From IMG/VR virus record IMGVR_UViG_3300045988_155520, positions 192,001 through 256,000 of that record: a DNA stretch of 64,000 bases. The stretch is one strand, 5' to 3'. Numbering within the stretch: the first letter of the stretch is position 1; each line of letters starts with the position of its first letter. Positions 50,574 to 58,855 of this stretch are shown here, one piece after another. Below the pieces are notes generated by a model, which saw nothing but the letters and a program-made list of their open reading frames with translations, searched no databases and was not told the origin of the DNA. Both the position numbers and the translations under genes were made by a program. This DNA is from a virus.

Positions 50574-51370
50574 TATATTGTTTTTGCTGTTTGAATTAAA
50601 TCATATATTGCAGAAAAACTGTGTTCCAATTCTTTTTCAATTAAATACATTGAATCATCAATACTAACTGATTCCCAACACATATAATAAGACTTCTCCA
50701 AACCTACTTTTAATGCTGCTCTAAAGAAATCATAAAAAGCTGACATTTCGCTATTTTTTGTCTTGTGAAAAATTTTAAAAGACTTTGTATGTCTTTCTTT
50801 ATCGTCAGAGTCTTTCAATACATATACATAATTAACATTTACAAAATTATCTTCTGAATAAAATGAACATGTAAGAAATCTTATGGTAAAGAACTTCATA
50901 TCACTAACATTTTCATCTACCGTAATTCCAATTGTATACGGAGATAAAGTTGATGAGTCTTCGTCTTCGTCCTCTTCCATTATCTTTTCTTCTAAGATGC
51001 GTGCATATTCTTTAAAGAAAGCGGACTCAAATTCTTGTTGAATAAAATAGTGGAAAAGAAAATCTTCATCACGTTTGAAATGAGGTAATAATGCTTTAAT
51101 ATTTTTTTCAACTTCTTTAGCAACACTTTCAAAAGATGGAAGAATAATATTATAAGCCATTTCTGATTGATTTTCAAATACTTTAACTTCTTCCTTTTCT
51201 AACAAATCTTCTTGTGTATATTCATCAGCAGTCCATGTATAGCCGACTTCAATACACTTCTTAGCTGGATTCAAGAAGCACATCATTTTATTCACATACA
51301 TATCTCCAAGATAAATTCCATCTTGAAAGAGGCATGCATTGATAGGATATTTTTCATTTTTTCCTTCCAT
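50573..51370 (-). CDS. hypothetical protein, paralog of 51387-52172
   Basis: MEGKNEKYPINACLFQDGIYLGDMYVNKMMC versus MKEKEINYPTNIQVFKDGLNLGDLCLTKMNC. Confidence 0.75.
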   Translation of the reverse strand: MEGKNEKYPINACLFQDGIYLGDMYVNKMMCFLNPAKKCIEVGYTWTADEYTQEDLLEKEEVKVFENQSEMAYNIILPSFESVAKEVEKNIKALLPHFKRDEDFLFHYFIQQEFESAFFKEYARILEEKIMEEDEDEDSSTLSPYTIGITVDENVSDMKFFTIRFLTCSFYSEDNFVNVNYVYVLKDSDDKERHTKSFKIFHKTKNSEMSAFYDFFRAALKVGLEKSYYMCWESVSIDDSMYLIEKELEHSFSAIYDLIQTAKTI

Positions 51371-51386
51371 ATTATTTACAATTTAA

Positions 51387-52172
51387 TTATTTACTTAATT
51401 CTTTGAAGACTTGAATATGTGCGTAAGTAACTAAGAAACTTTTATTAAGTTCTTCTGTTATTGCGTCTTCTTCACTACAATATTGTCTAACATAATTCCA
51501 TTCATGTTTAGCATTATTTAGACCAGCAAATACAGCTAATTTAAAAATTGGATAATAGTCTATGATATCTCCAACATTATTATCTTTAAGAACTCTAAGT
51601 GTCGTTGAATATATAAAATCAGTAGAATACTCACCTGTATATTTGTATCTATATTTTACTAATAGAGTATTACTTAACGCATCAAAAAAACAACTTAAAT
51701 GAATGATTGAAATTTTTTCAAAATCCACCTTGTTATCTTCGTTAATAACATCGAGTACTATAGAATCTTCATCTATATTTTCAGTTACATTTTCTTTTTG
51801 AATGTGTGCAATAGTTTTATAGAAACACTGTTCAAAAGTTTCTTTAATTGTACATAAAGCTATGTCGACATCCATATCCACACCTTTAAGAGAAATACTT
51901 TTCATAATCATTAAGCCTTCCGCTTCTTTAACAGCATTTTCAAAAATCGCTAAAATTATTTCAAATGTATCTTCGTCTTCATCTTTTAGAATATGGAAAG
52001 TTTCAGTCCATTTGGAATTGTCATCTTTATAATTATATTTCATCTTAAGTACTATACGCTTAAGTGGGATATCAATTTTACAGTTCATTTTTGTGAGACA
52101 TAAATCCCCCAAATTTAAACCATCTTTAAACACTTGAATATTTGTTGGATAGTTTATTTCTTTTTCCTTCAT
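51387..52172 (-). CDS. hypothetical protein, paralog of 50573-51370
   Basis: See 50573-51370. Overlaps the upstream gene by 4 nt. Confidence 0.75.
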   Translation of the reverse strand: MKEKEINYPTNIQVFKDGLNLGDLCLTKMNCKIDIPLKRIVLKMKYNYKDDNSKWTETFHILKDEDEDTFEIILAIFENAVKEAEGLMIMKSISLKGVDMDVDIALCTIKETFEQCFYKTIAHIQKENVTENIDEDSIVLDVINEDNKVDFEKISIIHLSCFFDALSNTLLVKYRYKYTGEYSTDFIYSTTLRVLKDNNVGDIIDYYPIFKLAVFAGLNNAKHEWNYVRQYCSEEDAITEELNKSFLVTYAHIQVFKELSK

Positions 52173-53002
52173 AAGTTTTGATAAACTAATTTTATTTGTG
52201 AAACAATATTTTTTATATATTCTTTATTAACATTCTTTTCATCAAAGTTTTCTTCAGAAATAATAGAAGGAATTTTCTTAAATAAATCCAAAGCATAGAT
52301 TGATTTCATACCAACTGGATATCGTAAAATATAGTCATTGAATTTTTGTAAAAGAAAATTTATTTTATCTTCGTCCTCTATCCATTGTTCAGTAGTATAT
52401 TCCCATAAAGTATATGTATAAACTTCTTTGTAGATTGTATCATCTTCCGATGTAGTTGTGATACGCAATACGACCGTTCCATTATCTTCATCAATTGGCT
52501 CGTAAGTATAAGATACTTGGATAACATCTTCAGAACAATATTTCCATTTACATCTATCAACATAATATGTAAATTGTTTAACAAGACTCATTTTCTTATA
52601 AACAGATTTAAATAATTCACCCTCGTTATAGTTGGTAAGTATAAATGCTTTATAAGCCAATGCAAGTTTATCTTCAAATATTTGTTTAATTGTTTTTTCA
52701 ACAACGTTAATATCTGTTACATTTTTTAATGATTTTATGCAAACTTTTTTAGCATCATCAAGAACATAAGGAAGATAAGAAGTTGTATTATAACTATCTC
52801 CAATAGTATATTCAACAAATATCATTTCGTCTACGACTTTCACTTCTTCTCCATTAATATCACTGTATTCATAAATTAGATGATATGTGTTATATGCCAT
52901 GCTTGATTCACATTTCATTGAATGAATGGTAATGGAACCAAATTGACTTGGCTCTGTAATTAGTTGTACTACATTCGGGCTTATTCTGTTTGAAATTTCC
53001 AT
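52169..53002 (-). CDS. hypothetical protein (distant member of the same family)
   Basis: 277-aa ORF. ...QFGSITIHSMKCES... lies at the position equivalent to the N-terminal motif of the two paralogs. Confidence 0.7.
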   Translation of the reverse strand: MEISNRISPNVVQLITEPSQFGSITIHSMKCESSMAYNTYHLIYEYSDINGEEVKVVDEMIFVEYTIGDSYNTTSYLPYVLDDAKKVCIKSLKNVTDINVVEKTIKQIFEDKLALAYKAFILTNYNEGELFKSVYKKMSLVKQFTYYVDRCKWKYCSEDVIQVSYTYEPIDEDNGTVVLRITTTSEDDTIYKEVYTYTLWEYTTEQWIEDEDKINFLLQKFNDYILRYPVGMKSIYALDLFKKIPSIISEENFDEKNVNKEYIKNIVSQIKLVYQNL

Positions 53003-53016
53003 ATTCTTTTATATTA

Positions 53017-53493
53017 TTACATATCTCTTTCACTAAAATAGTTTATCATTTCATCATATAGGGCAAGTTGCATTTCCGTGCAAGGAATAGATAACAGAGT
53101 AAACTTTCGAAAAAGAAATAAATCTTCGCTAAAAGAATTACAAGATATGTCCCAATTAAAGAATATATTGACAGCAAAATGTAATAAATCTGACAAATCA
53201 TTGATGTTAATCTTAGTTTTATTACAAAGATAAAAGTTATCAATACAGTCGAGTAAAAGAGGAAGTTTATCCTCTATTTCAATCCAGAGATATAGATTCA
53301 ATTCATCAATAACTTCTTCATTGATAGTAGACATTTCATCATCTTTAGAAAATGAATCCACACGCATAACAACGTTACCATACTCTTCAATAACGTCAGA
53401 AAGTTCGATATAACAACTAATCATTTTAATATCATTATGACCATCCATTGTTACACCATAAGAAAAATTATTTATATCTTTACAATAGTCCAT
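53017..53493 (-). CDS. hypothetical protein (start moved)
   Basis: Start taken at ATG 53493 (MDYCKDINNF...). The track ORF runs to 53670 and would include its own promoter (53515-53550) and the TnpB element end. Confidence 0.65.
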   Translation of the reverse strand: MDYCKDINNFSYGVTMDGHNDIKMISCYIELSDVIEEYGNVVMRVDSFSKDDEMSTINEEVIDELNLYLWIEIEDKLPLLLDCIDNFYLCNKTKININDLSDLLHFAVNIFFNWDISCNSFSEDLFLFRKFTLLSIPCTEMQLALYDEMINYFSERDM

Positions 53494-53514
53494 ATCATGT
53501 ATATTTTTATTTGG

Positions 53515-53550
53515 TGCAAAGATAGCAAAAAATACTTTACCATACAAATA
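53515..53550 (-). promoter_or_regulatory. Bacteroidota-type promoter for operon 53493-50139
   Basis: rc -7 TGCAAAG at 53515-53521 and rc -33 TACAAA at 53544-53549. Confidence 0.7.
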
Positions 53551-53640
53551 ATAAAAGTTAAAAAAACAAAAGAGAGAAGCGACATTATTCATCACTTCTC
53601 TCTTTAATTTATAAAAAATATTTTTTGAATAACATGTTTC

Positions 53641-53651
53641 GTGAATACGCC
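53641..53651. repeat. direct repeat GTGAATACGCC flanking the TnpB element (right-end side)
   Basis: Matches GTTAATACGCC at 55151-55161 (10 of 11). Confidence 0.8.
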
Positions 53652-53800
53652 GATAGTTGTTCGTTAACAAATCCTAACAATAGTGTCAGCCTTGTTACTA
53701 ATCATCCACAGGTATCTCAACCTGCAGCGGAGCTATCTCTCATCGCCCGTATTAAGATGTTACGGGCACCATTAAGGTCTCTATGGACCTTAATTCCATC
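53652..53800 (-). ncRNA. omega-RNA (reRNA) scaffold candidate overlapping the tnpB 3' end
   Basis: Four hairpins on the reverse strand: GCCCGTA/TACGGGC (53745-53767), CTGCAGGT/ACCTGTGG, TAACAA/TTGTTA, TTGTT/AACAA. Ends at the element boundary. Confidence 0.6.
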
Positions 53801-55066
53801 ATACATAAACCACTCTTTTCCACCCAAGTTAGTCATTAACTCACCAGTAAAGCTATTGGTCTTGCTTGTGTATGACTCATTTTGTTCTACATACGCCACA
53901 CCGCACTCCTTGCACTTTTGCTTCAATCTCTCCTTAAACTCAAAGAATCGAAGGGATAGCATAGAGCGTACAATACTCTTACGTAGCTTCCTACCTTTCT
54001 TCGTCATTCCTTTTACCTCGAAAGGAGGGAATACTACGACAGAAAAATTGTGCACAAGGTAGTTTATACACTGCCAGTGCAATTCATCAACCAAGTCTTG
54101 TATTCTGTGGTACGTCCTATTAAGCGTGCGCTTCAGTTTACCTTTCTTCTTCTTATCCTTTGTTAATGCCAACCTGCTTAGCAGGTGGTCACGCTTAAGG
54201 TTAAGTGTTAGTATTCTGTCAAAGGCGTGTACACCAAGCCATCCAAATCGTCCATCTTCACTGAAGTAGGTAAGGAAATTCCTAACCCCAGGGTCTAAGG
54301 CAACAATACCACCTTGGCTTTCGGTCGGCATGGTTGTTATCTTCTGAGGTACGGAAAGATACCATCTTCCGTGGTCATAAATGAGACGACAATCACAGAT
54401 GTCATTTTTAAAAAACTCTCTTTCAGAGAACTTGAGTTTACCACTGATAGTGCGGTAAATTCCACTTGTTGACACAGCGGATTTAGGAATGTAACAACTC
54501 TGAACAGGGTTTTTACGAGTCTTATAATGCAACTTAAATGGTTTACCAGACTTCTTTGTTTTATTGCAGTTTGTCCACCATGAAGTGTAAGCGTCCTTTA
54601 CTGCAATCTTCTTTATCTGATATGGCACAGATTTAATATAGCTTTCAGTAAATTCAGCTAAGATTGTAGTACTCATTTTCATCCACCCTTTAATTTCAAT
54701 TTCTTTGCCGTTAAAGTGTTTAATGCAAGTATTGTACACCTTTCTTTCAACGCCAAACCACTGCTTAAAGAGTTGCTTTTGCTGTTGTGATGGATAAATC
54801 CTTATCCGTCTTGCCTTCGTCACTATAGTTCCTGGGTCTATGCATTCTTTATGTAAATGTATAAAGAGTTGCAAATAAGTATTCTGTGGGTTATTATTCT
54901 TAGATGTGACTTGTTTTGTAGAAAACCATGGTTTAACATTCATTGCACAGGAAGTGTTATCACATTCTGACATAGCACATTCTATGTCTTTGTGTGACAA
55001 CAAGTGTGAACTAATGCTTTTACATAAATCATCATAAAAAGTCTTATGGTCTTCCTGTACAGTCAT
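53717..55066 (-). CDS. tnpB: TnpB-like RNA-guided nuclease (IS605 OrfB family)
   Basis: RIRIYPSQQQKQLFKQWFGVERKVYN; GIVALDPGVRNFLT (RuvC-I D); VVFPPFEVKGMTKK (RuvC-II region); ESYTSKT...VHRDLNGARNILIR (RuvC-III D). Confidence 0.85.
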   Translation of the reverse strand: MTVQEDHKTFYDDLCKSISSHLLSHKDIECAMSECDNTSCAMNVKPWFSTKQVTSKNNNPQNTYLQLFIHLHKECIDPGTIVTKARRIRIYPSQQQKQLFKQWFGVERKVYNTCIKHFNGKEIEIKGWMKMSTTILAEFTESYIKSVPYQIKKIAVKDAYTSWWTNCNKTKKSGKPFKLHYKTRKNPVQSCYIPKSAVSTSGIYRTISGKLKFSEREFFKNDICDCRLIYDHGRWYLSVPQKITTMPTESQGGIVALDPGVRNFLTYFSEDGRFGWLGVHAFDRILTLNLKRDHLLSRLALTKDKKKKGKLKRTLNRTYHRIQDLVDELHWQCINYLVHNFSVVVFPPFEVKGMTKKGRKLRKSIVRSMLSLRFFEFKERLKQKCKECGVAYVEQNESYTSKTNSFTGELMTNLGGKEWFMYDGIKVHRDLNGARNILIRAMRDSSAAG

Positions 55067-55150
55067 TATTTTTTATTTCTCTATTTAAAATATAATAAAA
55101 CCATAGGCTTTATCAAGTTATTATAAAAAATTATTAGTAACTGAAGAATA

Positions 55151-55161
55151 GTTAATACGCC
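55151..55161. repeat. direct repeat GTTAATACGCC flanking the TnpB element (left-end side)
   Basis: See 53641-53651. Confidence 0.8.
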
Positions 55162-55323
55162 TCAATTTTATATATTTTTGTATTTATATATGTATATTAT
55201 AATATATTGATTATCAGATAGTTACAATATCTAAATAATTAACATTTATGATAACAGAACTTAATGAGGGCCGTGCGTTGATACGTATGTTTATTTGCTA
55301 AAATATCACATCATTTCATGTAT

Positions 55324-56991
55324 CTATCCAAATATTTCTCTAATATCCATTGGTGTAATGGTTGTAAATTCATTGAGTTTCTCGAAGTCCTTTAATGAAA
55401 CATTAGAGAAAAACCCTTTATTTTGTTTGAGAGCTATACCATGTGTTTTACACATAATCAAGTATACACATTCTTCAGGAACATCTTTCGATGGTGTAAC
55501 ATAGAAAGTCTCTTCTATTGGAAGCTGAGTTAGTAGCCCAAATTTTTCAGAAATAACAAACATTCCATCTTCATCTTGAATTAAGTATAAGGTTTGTTCA
55601 CCTTCTCCTATCTTGCTAATGATGTCTGCCCAATATATATAAATTTCACATGTATCTGTATTTATTACAGAAATTTGATTATCTTTAAAACAAACCAACC
55701 TACCATATTGGTATACACATTTATCCACAGACTCATCAAACATGACCTTATTAGTTTTTTTATCTATTACTTGTTTATCTCCATCATCATCAGTCAGTAT
55801 AAGAATATTTTGATAGTTATCTAATTCCCTAATAGAAATCTCTTTTAACTTTTCCAAGGTCTTTGCGTTATAAATTCCGCCACCATCTTCTTCTTCATCA
55901 GTATTGGCGACAAATAAAAGACCATTATTTTCAATTGTGTCTATCCATTCATCACCGAAAGCTGCCTCGTGAATTAAACCATTCCTATCAATTAGAGCAC
56001 AAATTTCATATCCTTCATCAGTTTCACCTTGATAGACAACATAGTTTTTACTGTTGAAACAAACATTATCGTTAAAGTTGTAACCATAAATGTACAAATT
56101 GCCAGTTGTTTTATTCTGACACAATTTAAAACCATAATTCAAATTATCATCCAAAACTTCCACACCTTCAGGAATTAAACTCTGAATATCATCTGGATTA
56201 AATATACTATATATATCAGTTCCAATTAATTTAGAAAGTTGTTCTGGAGTCATTACAGAGTCGTTACCTCCGTTGTCATGATTCCATCTACAGGTTACTG
56301 TATTTACAGAACCATCATGTCTAAAAGATAGGGCAATCATCGAAAGTCCATATTCATCCAATGGACAATTTGGGCCTACCTTTCTTGGAACATTTTCAAA
56401 ACCTTCTTTTAATAAGAAATAAAACAAACCCTTACCTATACCGACATAATTAATGAAATCCTGTGAACGGTGAGTTACACACCATGTGGTGTAATCGCTA
56501 TATTCAGATGCCTCTGAAAACGATGGGATTGGAACAATTGTATAGCCATTATTATGTCCATTACTCTGTCCATAATGTGCGGTATTTTCTCTATTAGCCT
56601 TATCCGCTTGATGAACATAGCCTTCAAAATTTCTAAAAAACTCATCCAATGGCATACCATTAAGATTCTGGTCAAGATTTAGTTCCTTAGATTTGGCTGC
56701 TGCAACACTAATAAATTTGTTAAGTTTTAATAATGTGTCAGCATTTATTGATTTAGGATTCTGTAATAAAAATCTTACAACCGCTGGAAACAAATGAAAG
56801 TTTTCTTTACGTACACTTGGTATGTCATGCAATACTTTCTCTGTAAACTCTTTATCATTTGTATTTGGGGATAGTTCTCTAACCATTTTTCTTGCAAGGG
56901 ATTGGTTCTTTGAAGCACGGTTCTCAGTAATTAAACGACTTCTTTTAAATAAACTTGCGAACTGGTTTTTGTCTATAATAATTCTTCTCAT
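55324..56991 (-). CDS. hypothetical protein sharing a ~110-aa domain with 57564-58577
   Basis: GPNCPLDEYGLSMIALSFRHDGSVNTVTCRWNHDNGGNDSVMTPEQLSKLIGTDIYSIF versus GDNAPLDEYGLSMIAVSFRKDGEINSVTSRWGHKNDGNDNIMSSKQLSHLIGTDIYSV. Confidence 0.8.
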   Translation of the reverse strand: MRRIIIDKNQFASLFKRSRLITENRASKNQSLARKMVRELSPNTNDKEFTEKVLHDIPSVRKENFHLFPAVVRFLLQNPKSINADTLLKLNKFISVAAAKSKELNLDQNLNGMPLDEFFRNFEGYVHQADKANRENTAHYGQSNGHNNGYTIVPIPSFSEASEYSDYTTWCVTHRSQDFINYVGIGKGLFYFLLKEGFENVPRKVGPNCPLDEYGLSMIALSFRHDGSVNTVTCRWNHDNGGNDSVMTPEQLSKLIGTDIYSIFNPDDIQSLIPEGVEVLDDNLNYGFKLCQNKTTGNLYIYGYNFNDNVCFNSKNYVVYQGETDEGYEICALIDRNGLIHEAAFGDEWIDTIENNGLLFVANTDEEEDGGGIYNAKTLEKLKEISIRELDNYQNILILTDDDGDKQVIDKKTNKVMFDESVDKCVYQYGRLVCFKDNQISVINTDTCEIYIYWADIISKIGEGEQTLYLIQDEDGMFVISEKFGLLTQLPIEETFYVTPSKDVPEECVYLIMCKTHGIALKQNKGFFSNVSLKDFEKLNEFTTITPMDIREIFG

Positions 56992-57050
56992 TATTTTAAT
57001 ATTAATATATAAAAATAAATATTAAATTTAACATTAAAAGCAAAAAAAAA

Positions 57051-57076
57051 ACTTGACAGAAATACATCTATCAAGT
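57051..57076 (-). terminator. hairpin + T10
   Basis: ACTTGACAG pairs with CTATCAAGT (one mismatch). The A10 at 57041-57050 is a T-tract on the reverse strand. Confidence 0.7.
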
Positions 57077-57102
57077 TATGTGATTTTAACAACTTTCTTA
57101 GT

Positions 57103-57489
57103 TTAATTAGAGGTTGCTCTCTTCATTCTGCAACTCAAAGTGCCTAAATAGTTATGCATGGCTTGAAGTTGTTCATTCAATAGGTTCCTATCAGTTTCTT
57201 CTAAAGAAGCAAATGAATCTGAATCTATGAATTTTTCCAATTTTTCAATACGTTCATCCAATTCATCCAGTTCTAATTTCATTCTATCAATGAATGAATC
57301 AGCTAATGCGAAGTTCTCTTCAAAAAATGATTTTGGAGTCCAAGTAAGCTCACCATAATGATTTTCCACTAAATAACCATCCATTTCTTCATCACAATCC
57401 ATGTTGAATGGAAGTACGCCATCGGGTACATCTTTTAATTTCATAGGCTCAGCCATACAACAAGTTGTCTTTGATAAATATTTCTTCAT
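57103..57489 (-). CDS. hypothetical protein with C-terminal coiled-coil; paralog of 59537-59866
   Basis: KKYLSKTTCCMAEPMKLKD...LDERIEKLEKFIDSDSF versus KKVSQTTYCMDEAMKSND...INERLEKLEKFIDPDSL. Confidence 0.75.
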   Translation of the reverse strand: MKKYLSKTTCCMAEPMKLKDVPDGVLPFNMDCDEEMDGYLVENHYGELTWTPKSFFEENFALADSFIDRMKLELDELDERIEKLEKFIDSDSFASLEETDRNLLNEQLQAMHNYLGTLSCRMKRATSN

Positions 57490-57510
57490 AACATATATTT
57501 TTTAATACTC

Positions 57511-57545
57511 TGCAAAGATATAGAAAAAATATAATATCTCAAAAT
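57511..57545 (-). promoter_or_regulatory. Bacteroidota-type promoter
   Basis: rc -7 TGCAAAG at 57511-57517 and rc -33 CTCAAAA at 57538-57544. Confidence 0.65.
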
Positions 57546-57563
57546 TTCAATATATAAAATATG

Positions 57564-58577
57564 TTAAAAATCTATTATTGATTCATGACCTAATTCTTTT
57601 CCTGTTTTCGCATCAAATTTAACTATGACTCTTCCAAGTTCGATATAAAGAACGTTATCTTTAATATAAGCATTTCGTATAGTTCTTGATTGAGAAACAA
57701 AGGATAAACCATTTATAGTTGCACATACATCGTAAGAATTATCAGTATGTAAAACTATAACATCTTTACCTGCGAAGTATTTTTTAACCGAATTACTTTT
57801 ATCTGTTACCAAATAATCATTTGCTTGCTTATCATAGACCAATTTAAAACCGTCTTTTAAGTTCTTTACCAACTTCAAACTATCTGTATGTTGTTCGTTA
57901 TCTCTTAAATCGTGTTTAATCTCTCTGGTTAAGTCTATTACTACATCTCTACCAAAATCAAATTGTTTATTCAATACTATTGCATCACGTCCATGAAAAT
58001 ATTCTACATCTTCTAAGAATTTATCAGTTACCAAATAATCATTCTTAGATTTATCATAGAATAGCATTAATCTATCTGCTATTTTCTTAATATATCTCCA
58101 ATCTTTAGGATAAGAAATATTGTTATACACGGTGTTTTTTGTTACAGAGTATATATCAGTACCTATAAGGTGAGAAAGCTGCTTAGAAGACATTATATTG
58201 TCATTTCCGTCATTCTTATGACCCCACCTGCTTGTAACACTATTAATTTCACCATCTTTTCTAAATGACACTGCTATCATTGATAAACCGTATTCATCCA
58301 ATGGTGCGTTATCTCCCTCCTCTTCTGGTATTGAAGCAAATTCTTTCTTTAATATAAAATAGAAATAACCACCATTACGTATAAATTTCAGGAATGTATT
58401 TTTATCTTTGGTAAAGTTCCAATTTGCATAATTAGAATATGTATTTGCTTCCTCAAACGTTCTTATCAAAGCAAGCATGTGACCGTTAAATTCACCATAA
58501 GGACCTCTTTCTTCATTCATAATCTTCAGAACTATATTCTTAAATTGTTGCTCATTAATACGTACTAATCTTCTCAT
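57564..58577 (-). CDS. hypothetical protein sharing a domain with 55324-56991
   Basis: See 55324-56991. The N-termini are also alike (MRRLVRINEQQFKNIV versus MRRIIIDKNQFASLF). Confidence 0.8.
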   Translation of the reverse strand: MRRLVRINEQQFKNIVLKIMNEERGPYGEFNGHMLALIRTFEEANTYSNYANWNFTKDKNTFLKFIRNGGYFYFILKKEFASIPEEEGDNAPLDEYGLSMIAVSFRKDGEINSVTSRWGHKNDGNDNIMSSKQLSHLIGTDIYSVTKNTVYNNISYPKDWRYIKKIADRLMLFYDKSKNDYLVTDKFLEDVEYFHGRDAIVLNKQFDFGRDVVIDLTREIKHDLRDNEQHTDSLKLVKNLKDGFKLVYDKQANDYLVTDKSNSVKKYFAGKDVIVLHTDNSYDVCATINGLSFVSQSRTIRNAYIKDNVLYIELGRVIVKFDAKTGKELGHESIIDF

Positions 58578-58706
58578 TAATTTATCTTTTATTTATAAAT
58601 ACCATAATTAACACAAAAGATAATATAGATAAAAATATAACAAATAAATATATATTATATAATCAAAGTATTATTTATTATAATAATAACAAATATTTTT
58701 TAATCT

Positions 58707-58823
58707 ATGAGTACATATTTAAAAATCTTTGATGATAACGACCAAAGACTGAATTATGAGTTTGGAGACACTTATGTAAAACCTTATGTGTCAGTAATAA
58801 ATGAAGAAAATGGGGGGGGGTAG
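58707..58823 (+). CDS. 5' fragment (38 aa) of a BspA-type LRR gene, ending just after a G9 tract
   Basis: MSTYLKIFDDNDQRLNYEFGDTYVKPYVSVINEENGGG-stop. ...PYVSVINEEN... parallels ...PYVSLEEEGN... at the N-terminus of 2017-2727. Confidence 0.6.
   Translation: MSTYLKIFDDNDQRLNYEFGDTYVKPYVSVINEENGGG
58812..58820 (+). repeat. G9 homopolymer at the frame break
   Basis: aaatGGGGGGGGGtagtag. Confidence 0.9.
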
Positions 58824-58855
58824 TAGACCCTCACTACAATGTACCAGATGATATT

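Larger units (their letters stand above)
53652..55150 (-). mobile_element. TnpB-only insertion element (IS605/IS607-family OrfB type, no partner transposase)
   Basis: A ~1.5-kb unit holding only tnpB plus its 3' structured region, bracketed by the 11-bp direct repeat. The right-end boundary coincides with where homology to the 33845-33981 copy stops. Confidence 0.65.

Noticed and set aside
53625-54062. Forward ORF of 145 aa antisense to tnpB; likewise many antisense or overlapping track ORFs (e.g. 1135-1405, 2957-3196, 5170-5379, 8260-8658, 9551-9976, 10544-11233, 11520-11822, 12660-13016, 13038-13247, 16014-16229, 16748-17029, 17537-17795, 18578-18859, 19092-19367, 20093-20358, 20930-21312, 23832-24104, 24477-24790, 24963-25217, 25874-26119, 26466-26729, 26826-27059, 27829-28011, 29084-29266, 32914-33217, 35549-35811, 37514-37887, 38889-39071, 39575-39757, 40968-41168, 42266-42553, 43213-43482, 50142-50667, 50992-51406, 52378-52584, 53046-53243, 55295-55504, 55594-56057, 56475-57025, 58834-59031, 59995-60402, 61541-61726, 62494-62715)
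   Set aside because: Each is nested in or antisense to a longer ORF that has a promoter, a conserved start context, paralogs or recognisable motifs. Their translations are low-complexity (I/L/F/S/Y-rich), as expected from reading AT-rich coding DNA out of frame.
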